Origin: Candidatus Poribacteria bacterium
GTDB taxonomy: Bacteria; Poribacteria; WGA-4E; WGA-3G
Direction: 5' to 3'
DNA length: 64,000 nt
NCBI GenBank assembly: GCA_965215265.1
Contig: OZ244048.1
Coordinates: 3,712,001 to 3,776,000, forward strand
Shown: in pieces, positions 45,993 to 55,479 of the stretch
How the letters are laid out: every line of letters begins with the position of its first letter
How positions within the stretch are numbered: position 1 is the stretch's first letter
Translations under genes and position numbers: made by a program
Notes under the pieces: model-generated
Databases searched by the model: none
What the model saw: only the letters and a program-made list of their open reading frames with translations
Told to the model about the DNA's origin: nothing

Positions 45993-46019
45993 TATTGTAA
46001 GTCCGTTTGAAGTAATTTT

Positions 46020-46155
46020 GTGGCAGGATAGGTATTCTTTGTCTCTCCTGAAAGGAGAGACAAGTGGCGAGATAGGTATCTTTATCTGTCCATGAGAGAA
46101 GATAACCTTTTACTCGCCACCCATTGGGATAACCTTTTACCTGCCACCCACTGGG
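46020..46155. repeat. Dispersed MITE/REP-like element, compound copy (inverse orientation)
   Basis: GTGGCAGGATAGGTATTCTTTGTCTCTCCTGAAAGGAGAGAC, a second GTGGCGAGATAGGTATC, and two tandem GATAACCTTTTAC(TC/CT)GCCACCCA(T/C)TGGG modules. Confidence 0.8.
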
Positions 46156-46162
46156 CTGGGCT

Positions 46163-46819
46163 TTAAAGCAGATTTTTCCCGTTTTCTTGGCAAAGTATCC
46201 GCGAAGCCAAGTTATCCAATAGTGCGGTTTCAGTTTTTTGAAGCCAATCCATTCCGTGGAATGTTTCCGTGTTGAACGAATGAACATCCCCTAAGAGAAA
46301 AAACACTTTAGCACGTTTTTCACCTAAAAACTCTGTGCGAATTGCTAGCGGTAGCACAGCGATCGGCTTTTGGTATTTTTGTATAATCCAGTGAACGCCG
46401 CGTTTGTAGTCAAGGGGGCGCGTATGCCACGGCAGCAGTTCCCCCTGGGGGAAGACACAGACAAGAGATCGCTTTTGATTAAGAAGTTTGACAGTATATT
46501 CTAGCGATTCAATAATACCGTGCCGACTTTCCGGTTCTATTGAATACGCCCCGATCTTCGCAAAGAATCTATATTGAGATAACTGTTTCTCAAGCATCAT
46601 AAGATAGGCGGTCCGGTGAAAAATCCGTTTGTTGAGCAGATAAACAAAGAATCCATCCCACCAGGTACTATGATTCGGGAGCAACAGCAACGGGAGTTCA
46701 TCAGGTATTTTAGGCTGTGTACCGAGAAGGTGCATCCCATGGAAATGCCGCTTTAATAGCCACTTCAGATACGGCTGGAAGATGATATCTGCCCAAAGGC
46801 AGTGCTGTGCAATAATCAT
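46163..46819 (-). CDS. Lysophospholipid acyltransferase family, CruD-like carotenoid glycoside acyltransferase
   Basis: 'PNHSTWWDGF' (HX4D) and 'VFPQG'. ATG 46819 overlaps the crtB stop (ATGA). Confidence 0.88.
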   Translation of the reverse strand: MIIAQHCLWADIIFQPYLKWLLKRHFHGMHLLGTQPKIPDELPLLLLPNHSTWWDGFFVYLLNKRIFHRTAYLMMLEKQLSQYRFFAKIGAYSIEPESRHGIIESLEYTVKLLNQKRSLVCVFPQGELLPWHTRPLDYKRGVHWIIQKYQKPIAVLPLAIRTEFLGEKRAKVFFLLGDVHSFNTETFHGMDWLQKTETALLDNLASRILCQENGKNLL

Positions 46820-47745
46820 TTGCTTATAATACGGGTGTGCCGGGGGCAAAGTTTTTCTTGCACCGATAGGACTTTCGTCCGAATCCGTTCTTGTACCAGA
46901 ATTCCGATTTTCTCAGTAACTGAGACAAAAACTCGGCTTACAAACGGGTTGTAATCGCGCTCCTCGAGCTTCCTTAAGATACCCCGGTAGATTTTAACCG
47001 CCGAATAAATCGCGTACTGGGATTCCGGTTTAAGGAGAGAAATGCCGGGTGTAGCTTGAGCATAGTAGCGATCTGCCCGTTCGATTTGGAATTTCATAAA
47101 TGCTTTTAATTGAGGTGTCATCTTCTCCTCTAAGATGTCCTCTTCGCGGACAGCGAATCGAGCTAATTCAGTTTGTGGGAGGTAAATTCGCCCGAGCTCC
47201 TTATCTTCTCGGATGTCTCGTAGAATATTGGTTAGCTGCATCGCAAAACCGAGTTGCTTAGCGTAGTTAAAGACACGTTTGTCTTGATAACCAAGGACAT
47301 GTGTCATCATTAAGCCAACAACGGATGCGACGCGATAGCAGAAAACAGAGAGTTCGTTGAAGGTTTTGTAGCGCTGTTGTTGGATGTCCATCGCGACACC
47401 TTTGAGTAGCTCGAGCGGGTACTCAATAGGAATCTGATACGGATTGGCAACCAAGATGAAGGCCCGAATCACCGGGTGTTCGGACTCTCCGGTGTCGTAA
47501 GCTAACCTCAACTCTTCTCTCAAGAATTGGAGTTCTCTCAGGATTTCATCTGCAGTTCGCTGCCGCGGTGTATCAATCAGATTGTCGCAGTGTCTACAAA
47601 AGCCGTAAATTGCGTACGTTGCCCAGCGCTGTTGACGTGGCAGCATTCTTGCTGAGTAGTAAAAACTCTTTGAGTGGTAAGCGGTTATGCTGCGAGCGTA
47701 CTCAAAGGCAGCTCGATTCCCGTCTACTGCTTTCCACAATTTCAT
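46816..47745 (-). CDS. crtB: Phytoene synthase
   Basis: 'HSKSFY', 'YGFCRHCDNLID', 'FCYRVASVVG', 'LGFAMQLTNILRDIRED..LGRIYLP'. Confidence 0.95.
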   Translation of the reverse strand: MKLWKAVDGNRAAFEYARSITAYHSKSFYYSARMLPRQQRWATYAIYGFCRHCDNLIDTPRQRTADEILRELQFLREELRLAYDTGESEHPVIRAFILVANPYQIPIEYPLELLKGVAMDIQQQRYKTFNELSVFCYRVASVVGLMMTHVLGYQDKRVFNYAKQLGFAMQLTNILRDIREDKELGRIYLPQTELARFAVREEDILEEKMTPQLKAFMKFQIERADRYYAQATPGISLLKPESQYAIYSAVKIYRGILRKLEERDYNPFVSRVFVSVTEKIGILVQERIRTKVLSVQEKLCPRHTRIISK

Positions 47746-49256
47746 AATATCCTCCTCCCAATCAGATCTTTGACAATCAGCTTAACTGTTGTTTCTGCCG
47801 TCAGCAATACTCCGGGAACCCCGGCACCAGGATGCGTGTTTGCTCCAACAAAATAGAGTTTTTGTATATCTTCACTTCGATTATGCGGTCGAAAATATGC
47901 TGTCTGTGTCAATTTAGGCTCAATACCCCAAGCACTACCCAGATAGTTGTTCCGTTGCATCTTAAAATCTAACGGTGTGAACGTTTCAAGTACCTCAATT
48001 GAGTCTCTTAAATCTGTGAGTCCGAAGTTCTTCTCCAAGAAAGTCAGCACCTTATTTGCATATTTCTCCTTCATCTGTTCCCACTTGATCTCACTCTCTA
48101 AATTCGGTACCGGTATTAAGGCGTACAAGCTCTCACAGCCCTCAGGTGCCATCGCCGGGTCGGTTTGCGAAGGCGTGTGCAGATAGATTGAGAAATCGTC
48201 TACTAGCGTTTTGTTATCAAAAATGTCATCTATCAACCCCTTATACCTCTCAGAAAGAATAAGCGTATGATGCTTGAGTTGCGGATATTTTTTTCGGACA
48301 CCGAGGTATAGGAGGAATGCGCTCATAGAGTATTGGGTTTTGCGGAGTTTTTTGTCAGACCATTTCCTACGATGTTCAGGCTGAATAAGTTGTCCGTAAG
48401 TGTGTGCTAAATCGGCGTTTGAAACGATGGCATCCGCTTCGTAAAGCTGACCTTTCGCAAGCACCGCCTTTGCCTCCCGATTTTCTACCAGGATTTGTTC
48501 CACTTCTGCATCGGTTTCGACGATACCCCCGAGTGCTTTGAATGCACTCTCCAACGCCTGAACCAAACCGTACATACCGCCTTTGCAGAACCAGACACCG
48601 CCTGCTTTTTCAAGATAAGGAATCATCAGGTAAATCGCTGGTGCACGGAAGGGATTGCCCCCTATGAACAACGGATGAAACGAGAAGGTGAAACGGTGGT
48701 GCGGATGCCTGAAATATTTCTTAACGAAGTCGTAAGCCGGTATTAATGCGCGAAGCCGTAAGGCACGGGGCAGAAAATTGAGCATTGTCGGTAAATCAAA
48801 TGGAGTTGCCCCCAGGCCGTCTGTGATGATAGCGTCATACAGTCGACGGGTATCCGCCATGAAACGGTCGTAGTTTCCGGCATCTGCCTTACTAAAACAC
48901 GTCATCTGTGCTTTCATGCATCCCCCATCGTCCGTATAGTCGAGAGATGAACCGTCATGAAAGTAGATTCGATAAAATGGATTGAGTTTTACTAAGTCGA
49001 GGTAATCTTCCATGCGCTTGTCAGCACATTCAAACAGGCGTTGAATCAGCTCGGGTGCCGTGATAATTGATGGGCCCATGTCGAAGGTGTACCCGTTCTT
49101 AATCAGTTGAGACGCGTGTCCCCCAACTTCGGCATTCTTTTCGAGAAGCGTGACCTGCATACCTTTCGCTTGCAGGCGAATCGCTGTCGCGAGCCCACCA
49201 AAACCTGAACCGATGATCACAATCTTTAGTTTCATAGCTTTAGGGTGTTCCTCCAA
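47742..49256 (-). CDS. crtI: Phytoene desaturase
   Basis: 'IIGSGFGGLA.AIRLQA.G', 'FDMGPSIIT', 'IGGNPF', 'D..MAPEG', 'LYFVGANTHPGAGVPGVL'. Confidence 0.92.
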   Translation of the reverse strand: MEEHPKAMKLKIVIIGSGFGGLATAIRLQAKGMQVTLLEKNAEVGGHASQLIKNGYTFDMGPSIITAPELIQRLFECADKRMEDYLDLVKLNPFYRIYFHDGSSLDYTDDGGCMKAQMTCFSKADAGNYDRFMADTRRLYDAIITDGLGATPFDLPTMLNFLPRALRLRALIPAYDFVKKYFRHPHHRFTFSFHPLFIGGNPFRAPAIYLMIPYLEKAGGVWFCKGGMYGLVQALESAFKALGGIVETDAEVEQILVENREAKAVLAKGQLYEADAIVSNADLAHTYGQLIQPEHRRKWSDKKLRKTQYSMSAFLLYLGVRKKYPQLKHHTLILSERYKGLIDDIFDNKTLVDDFSIYLHTPSQTDPAMAPEGCESLYALIPVPNLESEIKWEQMKEKYANKVLTFLEKNFGLTDLRDSIEVLETFTPLDFKMQRNNYLGSAWGIEPKLTQTAYFRPHNRSEDIQKLYFVGANTHPGAGVPGVLLTAETTVKLIVKDLIGRRIL

Positions 49257-49328
49257 TTACCTCGTTGGGCCTTGCAATTTTGAAGCAGCCCTTCGGTTTA
49301 ACTCACGGCAATTCGGTTTTTGCACATC

Positions 49329-50843
49329 TCATCTGTTGCACATCCCATCTGAGCGAACGCCGGCATCCTCTGCGATTAAGGTTGCTGCCATTTTGCCAGA
49401 CAAGATGACTAAGGGAATGCCGCCGCCCGGGTGTACCGAACCACCTGCGAAGTAGAGTCCCTTAACCAGACGACTCCGATTCGGTAAACGTTTGAACGCT
49501 GTCGTTTTGCTGTTGGATGAAACGCCATAGATACTGCCTTGATTGCTTGCATAAAGTTGAGAGAAATCTGCCGGTGTGTAAGTCTGCTCTACCTCAATTC
49601 CATCTACAATATCCAGTCCTATCTGCTTTAATCTGTCGAGAACAGTGTTCCGCATTCGAACTTTTTCCTTTGCCCATATCTGTCCTGGTTGGAGGTAGGG
49701 CATGTTCAAAAGCACGAACCAATTCTCGCCATCAGCGGGAGCATGTTGCGCATCTACTTTACTGGTTATAGCAATATAGATAGTCGGTTCATCAGGTGCT
49801 TGTCGCTGTTTGAAGATTTGCGTGAATTCTGCGTCATAATCGCTGGAAAAGATAATATTGTGGTGTGCTAAGGCTGTATGTTTTCCGCTAACGCCCCAAA
49901 GGAATACCATTCCGGACAAAGACGGTTCCAATTGATTGAGTCTTTTGCGTTGATGCGGATGTCTATCAAGTAATTCGTTATGTGCTATCACTGCATCCGT
50001 GCCACACAAGACATAATCTGCGTAGACTTTCTCTTTTCCATTGATTTGGACCCCATTGACGCGTTCGCCCACTTGACAGATTTTTTCAACTTTTGTTGAT
50101 GTATGAATATGGACACCTTGCTGACGTGCGATGGTTTCCAAGGCCTCGACTAACCGATACATGCCATCTTTGATGTAGAACCCACCGAATCCGTATTCAA
50201 TGTAGGGAATTATATTGAGGGTTGCCGGGGCTTGGAACGGATTTGAACCGATGTATGTAGCATAACGGTCGAAGAGTTGGATGAGCCGCGGATCTGAGAA
50301 AAAACGAGACACACTCTGGTGGACGGTCCGAAACGGATCTATTTGATGGAGCCTGAACAGTGTCCGGAGGTACCGCGGCCGCATGATTTTCTTGAATTCA
50401 TGAATGGGTGTAAATATAAAGATTTCCGATGTTAATCTGTGAATCCGTTCTGCATATTTCAAGAAACGTTCATATCCTTCAGTATCCTGAGGCGATAGTT
50501 TTTTTATGGCTGCTTTCATCTCTGTTTTGGCAGCCCTGGCATCCATCACCGTCCCGTCAGGAAAAAAGTATCGGCATATCGGATCGATTGCCACAAAGTC
50601 AAGGTAATCGGAGCGTTTGAAACCAGCAAAATCAAACAATTCATCGATAACAAACGGCATTGTCAACAGCGATGCCCCGGTATCAAATCGGTATCCGTCC
50701 AAAACGATTTCGTTGACCTTCCCTCCAATTTTCGGATTCTTCTCGAACAATTGCACAGAGAAGCCCAAACGTGCGAGACGAATCGCGCCGCTTAACGCAC
50801 CGAGTCCCCCACCAATGACTACGACGCTCTTATTTTTTATCAT
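49329..50843 (-). CDS. CrtI-family desaturase, probably 1-hydroxycarotenoid 3,4-desaturase (CrtD-like)
   Basis: 'FDTGASLLTMP', 'FDRYATYIGS.P..AP', 'GSIYG.SSN', 'LYFAGGSVHPGGGIPL'. This is the second desaturase in an operon that also carries a hydratase. Confidence 0.82.
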   Translation of the reverse strand: MIKNKSVVVIGGGLGALSGAIRLARLGFSVQLFEKNPKIGGKVNEIVLDGYRFDTGASLLTMPFVIDELFDFAGFKRSDYLDFVAIDPICRYFFPDGTVMDARAAKTEMKAAIKKLSPQDTEGYERFLKYAERIHRLTSEIFIFTPIHEFKKIMRPRYLRTLFRLHQIDPFRTVHQSVSRFFSDPRLIQLFDRYATYIGSNPFQAPATLNIIPYIEYGFGGFYIKDGMYRLVEALETIARQQGVHIHTSTKVEKICQVGERVNGVQINGKEKVYADYVLCGTDAVIAHNELLDRHPHQRKRLNQLEPSLSGMVFLWGVSGKHTALAHHNIIFSSDYDAEFTQIFKQRQAPDEPTIYIAITSKVDAQHAPADGENWFVLLNMPYLQPGQIWAKEKVRMRNTVLDRLKQIGLDIVDGIEVEQTYTPADFSQLYASNQGSIYGVSSNSKTTAFKRLPNRSRLVKGLYFAGGSVHPGGGIPLVILSGKMAATLIAEDAGVRSDGMCNR

Positions 50844-51582
50844 GAATTCCTCCTCCCAGCGGGTGGTAGGTAAAAGGTAATCTTTTCTCTCCTGAAAGGA
50901 GAGACAAAGAATACCTATCCTGCCACAATTTTTCGTAGAGCATTGCGTTAAAAAGCATCAGTGTAAAGGCATATCCGAAATCCTCAATCGGAATTGTCAA
51001 AATTCGGTAATCGAGCTGATACGACTCACCGTACAGAACAACAGGACGTGCTGTGAGATACCCATTGAACACCAACGTCAAACCAGCAACAATTGCGAGG
51101 TAAAGATAAGTCCTGAGTTTCAGGAGCAGGTCAACTTTTAACAACCTATCCGCCACTCCAACGAGTCCGAAGCAAAACAGCACTAATCCTGTGTACTGTT
51201 TCCCTATGCTAAGCAACCATATACCCGCCAACGGTGCAGCGTATAAAACTGTTCTGATAGGTTGAAGCGATTTCAATTTCGTTGAGGAGTCGCGTTGCGG
51301 CAGCGTTTCCCAGACTAACAAACACCCAAATGGAACCGTAAGAAAAAAAAGCCACTCTTCAATAGGCAACCCCAGCAAGCGAAATTCAAGCGTGTATTGT
51401 TCGTTAAACCACCAGTGTGAACCTGCGACGAGCATATCCCAGATGACGTAAGGAATCATAACAATTCCACATGTCAGTAATTTTACTCGCCAACGCGAGA
51501 GGTGCTTAATAGGCTGGATAAATTCTGAGGCGAGCGGTCCCCCAATAACAACCAGATTAAACAGCAGGTATTCAAATTTCAT
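50830..51582 (-). CDS. Lycopene cyclase domain protein (fused CrtYc/CrtYd type)
   Basis: Two repeated membrane halves with 'WD...W.FN...LPIEEWLFF' and 'FNGYLT..P.V.Y...IPIEDFGY'. The C-terminal ~30 aa are encoded largely by a repeat element. Confidence 0.88.
   Translation of the reverse strand: MKFEYLLFNLVVIGGPLASEFIQPIKHLSRWRVKLLTCGIVMIPYVIWDMLVAGSHWWFNEQYTLEFRLLGLPIEEWLFFLTVPFGCLLVWETLPQRDSSTKLKSLQPIRTVLYAAPLAGIWLLSIGKQYTGLVLFCFGLVGVADRLLKVDLLLKLRTYLYLAIVAGLTLVFNGYLTARPVVLYGESYQLDYRILTIPIEDFGYAFTLMLFNAMLYEKLWQDRYSLSLLSGEKRLPFTYHPLGGGIHDKK
50855..50926. repeat. Dispersed MITE/REP-like element inside the 3' end of the cyclase CDS
   Basis: CCCAGCGGGTGGTAGGTAAAAGGTAATCTTTTCTCTCCTGAAAGGAGAGACAAAGAATACCTATCCTGCCAC. 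Confidence 0.8.
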
Positions 51583-51599
51583 TGATGAGCGACTCGTTG

Positions 51600-52193
51600 C
51601 TACGGGCGCAATTTCGATTTGACGCTTTGGAGATATATTTTTTCTTTAGTTGTGAGTTTTGCATGTTCCAGCAAGAAGGCGACTACATTTCTGATTAGTT
51701 TCGGCGAATAGGCATGCCTCTCAAGCGGCATCTGTTTGATAATTTCTTTGAAATTCCGCTGGGCATCGTCAGAACGTCTGAAGAAGAACGGAAGATAATA
51801 GCACGTCATACCGTGGATGAACAACGCCTCAATGTTATTTGGGTTTTTCTTCAAGCCGCTATCCATAATGGAGAGCCCTCGCTTTACCCACTTGAGTTTG
51901 GTGTGAGGGAAAAAGGCGTGCTTTCCCTTAAGCGCAACAAGCGCGCCGATGTAAACCTGACTGGTGCCACTGTGCTTCGGTTCCAAAAAGGCAATTCGTT
52001 CAAATAGTTTAATTGTCGGTTCAATCTGCTTTTCGTCTTTAACTGCAGCGTAAAATTGCTCGCGCCCTTTTTTTAGTATCTCTTGTACTGGCGTGTCCGC
52101 CGCAATCGCATTAACGGAAAAGAGAAAAAGCAGTATTACGGTGCAATTTATGTTAACAAATTGATTAAGTGTCCGTCTAAAAAAACGATTCAT
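51600..52193 (-). CDS. Exported TPR-like helical hypothetical protein, first gene of the crt operon
   Basis: Signal peptide ending 'AIA'. TPR-like segment 'GLSIMDSGLKKNPNNIEALF...YYLPFFF.R...A'. Confidence 0.7.
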   Translation of the reverse strand: MNRFFRRTLNQFVNINCTVILLFLFSVNAIAADTPVQEILKKGREQFYAAVKDEKQIEPTIKLFERIAFLEPKHSGTSQVYIGALVALKGKHAFFPHTKLKWVKRGLSIMDSGLKKNPNNIEALFIHGMTCYYLPFFFRRSDDAQRNFKEIIKQMPLERHAYSPKLIRNVVAFLLEHAKLTTKEKIYLQSVKSKLRP

Positions 52194-52267
52194 TGGCAGC
52201 AGAGTAGACCATCGCGACGCGTGTCTCTTTTTTCGTTTTCGATTTTTTCTTACCGTTCAATAAAGCT

Positions 52268-52297
52268 ATTATACGTCCTAACAAAGTGTTTTGTCAA
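52268..52297 (-). promoter_or_regulatory. Sigma70-type promoter of the carotenoid operon
   Basis: Minus strand reads TTGACA-18 nt-TATAAT. Confidence 0.7.
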
Positions 52298-52375
52298 GTC
52301 AATGTGGTGACAATGGGCTTGCGATGGATGAAAATGACATTCAGGCAGCACTCGATAATTGAACGCAATTCGCTA

Positions 52376-55300
52376 TCATGCTAGCGGCGGCAGCTGCCCC
52401 ACAAGCTTCACTGTCTCTAGACTCACCGACACAACCCGTCCGATTAATTCCACAATATATTTCGGCACATCCGCACGATTCGGATCGTTCACAATGCCAC
52501 TCCGTTTGTCTACCTTCACACGATACCCATCCACTACCCACTCCAACGCACTACGCGTTCCTAAACGATACGCAAACGCCTCATCCGGAATACCGGCTAT
52601 CGTCAGGAAGTCGTTGTAGTGTAGCTGCGTCTTCTCTTTCGAGAATCTCATCTTCTCTACACGCCAATCCCGCTGGACATCCGGTGTCTCAATAAACTGC
52701 AAGCCTGCAGATTCGGGCTGCGTTTCATAGTTGACGTGAAGTTCTGCTAACCGCGCGCCAATGTTCATGAACGCCCAGAAATCTGGTGCAAATGGGATGT
52801 GAGGTAAATCGTGCTTCAGGTTCATCTGATAAGTTTCGCGATAGTCCGGCTGATGCAAGAGTGCATAGGTATAGTGAAAGATGTCCCACTTGCTGATGGT
52901 GCCCTCGCCGTAGTGAGTTCTGAACGCTGCCAATGCCCACTCCGTGATGTTTTCACGGCGGTTGCTGCCGTCTTCGGCGTAGATATAGAAAGGGAAACAT
53001 TGCGCCGGAGATCCAAAACCGCCTGTCATGCCGAGCTCGGGAATGCGATTAACCATTAGAGAAGTAAAAGGTTTTTCTTTTGTTATATTGACACAAATCA
53101 CCCGATTCTCTTTTTCCGTCTCAGGAGTCGGAAAGATGAAACGAAAGAGCCCGGGCCGGTCTACTAGCATCCGATCAAAGTAGAGCGCCCGCTTCGTGAA
53201 AGGGCGGTAGAGGCATCGCCGCAGTTTTGAGTCTTCAAATTCAGCGAAATGTCCGCTATTCAGATGCCGTTTTAACGTGGAACTCCATTTAATTTTCGTG
53301 GCATCAGCATCCACAAAATCATCAACGTTGGTGCCTCGAGCCCGCTGATGCTGCCACTTGAAAACCTGCGTGTTGTAGTTCTCAATCATCCGCTGCATAT
53401 TTTGAGAGAGCGCTTGGGCGTTGAAGTTGATAGTCCATGCATCACGATTGGTTTTCACACCATTGCTAAATTGATGAAAAATCACACCGGCTGCTGCTTC
53501 TTTTTTCGCCTTTGCTTTCTGGCTGCCGATCGGGATAAACGTTTCAAAATCTTCACGCAGCCCGCTAGTAAGCCAAATCTGTTTGGCATTAGGCGTTATT
53601 TCTTCCCAGCTCATCCCTCCGACATCTGCATGTAGATTCAGAAAACCAAACGTCCGCTTTTGATCCCACTCCACAGATTCACCGTTGTACAGGAGACGGG
53701 GCCGCTCCGGACGCTTCTGCTTCGTTTTCACGAGGATATTGATGCTAACGCCAACCTGAATGCCGAATACATTGGAATTTCCCGGATGCCCCTTCCGAAC
53801 GTTCCCGCCTAAATCTAACAAATAGAGGCTGTCAAAATCAGCCGCGAGATGTTTCCGCATTCCATCGAAAGAGATGCCATCAAGAAAACTATGGTTCGTT
53901 ACGAACGCAACGATGCCTTGTTCACCTATTCGATCCGATGCCCAACGGAACGCTTTCACGTATGGATCATATAACTTATTTCTTAACCGTGCCATGGAAT
54001 CTGACGCGTACGTTTCCGCGATGCGTTTATCTATCGCTGGATACTTCCGATTTTTGTTGTTATCGTTCTCATTCACCTGGCCAGCGTTGTAGGGCGGATT
54101 CCCCAGAACTACAAACATCTCCGACGCTTTCTGACGTTCAACGCGGGCCGTGTTTTCACGCGTGAAGAGTTGTGCCTGCTGCGGTTCAAGCAACTCAAAC
54201 GTATCAACAAGGCAGATGCCCTCAAACGGCAGGTATTCACCCGTCCGGCGGAAATATTCATGCTCTATGTTCAAACTGGAAATGTAATAAGGCAAAAGCA
54301 TCAGCTCATTGCAGTGGAGCTCCGTGCGGTATTTCTCCTCCAACATTGTGCCTTCAATATCTTGCATCAGGCGCACGATGAAGTTGCCGGTACCAACAAA
54401 GGGGTCGATGATATGAACGCCGCTATCCGACAGCGACCGGTCGAACTCATGCCTCAAGATGTATCCAACGCTTTTCACCATGAAATCGACTATCGGTTGC
54501 GGCGTGTAGACGATACCGTGTGTGTCTGCCACATCCGCAGAGAATCCTTGAAAAAACTTCTCATAAAACGTATTGAGGAAGTGCTGTTTTTGGGCAAATT
54601 CTCTACAGAGCGTGGCTGCCTGCTCAATAGCAATGTGGAATCTATCTAGTGGTTTGAGAAACACATCGCGACTCACAGCGTAGCGCATAAGTGCCGCACT
54701 GACTTTTTCAATTTCACTTGCAATGATATTTCGGCTTGTAAAATCCGATCTTTCAAAAACGTTGCGGAAGATGCGTTCCGTGAGGATATGCTGGATGAGC
54801 ATCTCCTCGACGGCATCCTGTGAGAGCTGGGGGTTAATCGAGGTACGGCAGGTTTGATAGAAATCGGCGAACGCCTCTTGAAAGTGCAGATCTGTTTCGT
54901 GGCGCTGACCAATCAGTTCTTTGAGTTTGTTTGCGAGGTCTGGCACATGTTCTCTGAAATCAGAGACTGCAGCCTGCCAGTTATCAAGCGCGGGCGGGAC
55001 ATAAGAGAACAGATGTTGGAGTGCAGCGATCAAGCGTGCCGGTTCGGTAATGTCCAGGTCTAATGCTATCTCTCCGTTCTGATATAAGAGGGCACGCTGT
55101 GGGGTTTGAAAGAGGGTGTTATCAAGAGGGTAGCCTGTGTCGCGTTTCTCCTGCACCGCTTTTTCGAGGTTGTCGTGCATATCCTTGGCTTCCCAATAGG
55201 CTAAGGGCAGTCCATACTCGTCGAGTATCGCGCCATCAATGACGATGCGGTTTCCTTTGGCGGTGTGCATCGCATATTGCGGAATGAGGGTGGCACCAAC

Positions 55301-55444
55301 CTGTTTTGCACAAATATCCAATAGAAAGGCGAACGGATTGCTGACTGCGCCTTCGTGCACAGCATCGTGCAGGTCGTATTGTTGCAAAGTCGCGTAGTAG
55401 TCTCGGACCGGTTTATGAGTAGGTTTGAGATTGAGTTGTGGCAT
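52376..55444 (-). CDS. Single-polypeptide restriction-modification enzyme: PD-(D/E)XK nuclease, N6-adenine methyltransferase and Type ISP-like C-terminal specificity domain
   Basis: 'IDG...YWEAKD' nuclease motif, 'GIVYTPQPIVDF', 'IDPFVGTGNF', 'GNPPY', 'GVKTNRD', 'YRPF', 'IFHY.YALLH..YR..Y'. No helicase motifs seen. Confidence 0.9.
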   Translation of the reverse strand: MPQLNLKPTHKPVRDYYATLQQYDLHDAVHEGAVSNPFAFLLDICAKQVGATLIPQYAMHTAKGNRIVIDGAILDEYGLPLAYWEAKDMHDNLEKAVQEKRDTGYPLDNTLFQTPQRALLYQNGEIALDLDITEPARLIAALQHLFSYVPPALDNWQAAVSDFREHVPDLANKLKELIGQRHETDLHFQEAFADFYQTCRTSINPQLSQDAVEEMLIQHILTERIFRNVFERSDFTSRNIIASEIEKVSAALMRYAVSRDVFLKPLDRFHIAIEQAATLCREFAQKQHFLNTFYEKFFQGFSADVADTHGIVYTPQPIVDFMVKSVGYILRHEFDRSLSDSGVHIIDPFVGTGNFIVRLMQDIEGTMLEEKYRTELHCNELMLLPYYISSLNIEHEYFRRTGEYLPFEGICLVDTFELLEPQQAQLFTRENTARVERQKASEMFVVLGNPPYNAGQVNENDNNKNRKYPAIDKRIAETYASDSMARLRNKLYDPYVKAFRWASDRIGEQGIVAFVTNHSFLDGISFDGMRKHLAADFDSLYLLDLGGNVRKGHPGNSNVFGIQVGVSINILVKTKQKRPERPRLLYNGESVEWDQKRTFGFLNLHADVGGMSWEEITPNAKQIWLTSGLREDFETFIPIGSQKAKAKKEAAAGVIFHQFSNGVKTNRDAWTINFNAQALSQNMQRMIENYNTQVFKWQHQRARGTNVDDFVDADATKIKWSSTLKRHLNSGHFAEFEDSKLRRCLYRPFTKRALYFDRMLVDRPGLFRFIFPTPETEKENRVICVNITKEKPFTSLMVNRIPELGMTGGFGSPAQCFPFYIYAEDGSNRRENITEWALAAFRTHYGEGTISKWDIFHYTYALLHQPDYRETYQMNLKHDLPHIPFAPDFWAFMNIGARLAELHVNYETQPESAGLQFIETPDVQRDWRVEKMRFSKEKTQLHYNDFLTIAGIPDEAFAYRLGTRSALEWVVDGYRVKVDKRSGIVNDPNRADVPKYIVELIGRVVSVSLETVKLVGQLPPLA

Positions 55445-55450
55445 AAGTCT

Positions 55451-55479
55451 ATAATAGCAGGTTTGGCGTTAAAAGGCAA
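55451..55479 (-). promoter_or_regulatory. Sigma70-type promoter, leaderless configuration
   Basis: Minus strand TTGCCT-17 nt-TATTAT ends 6 nt before ATG 55444. No SD sequence. Confidence 0.65.
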
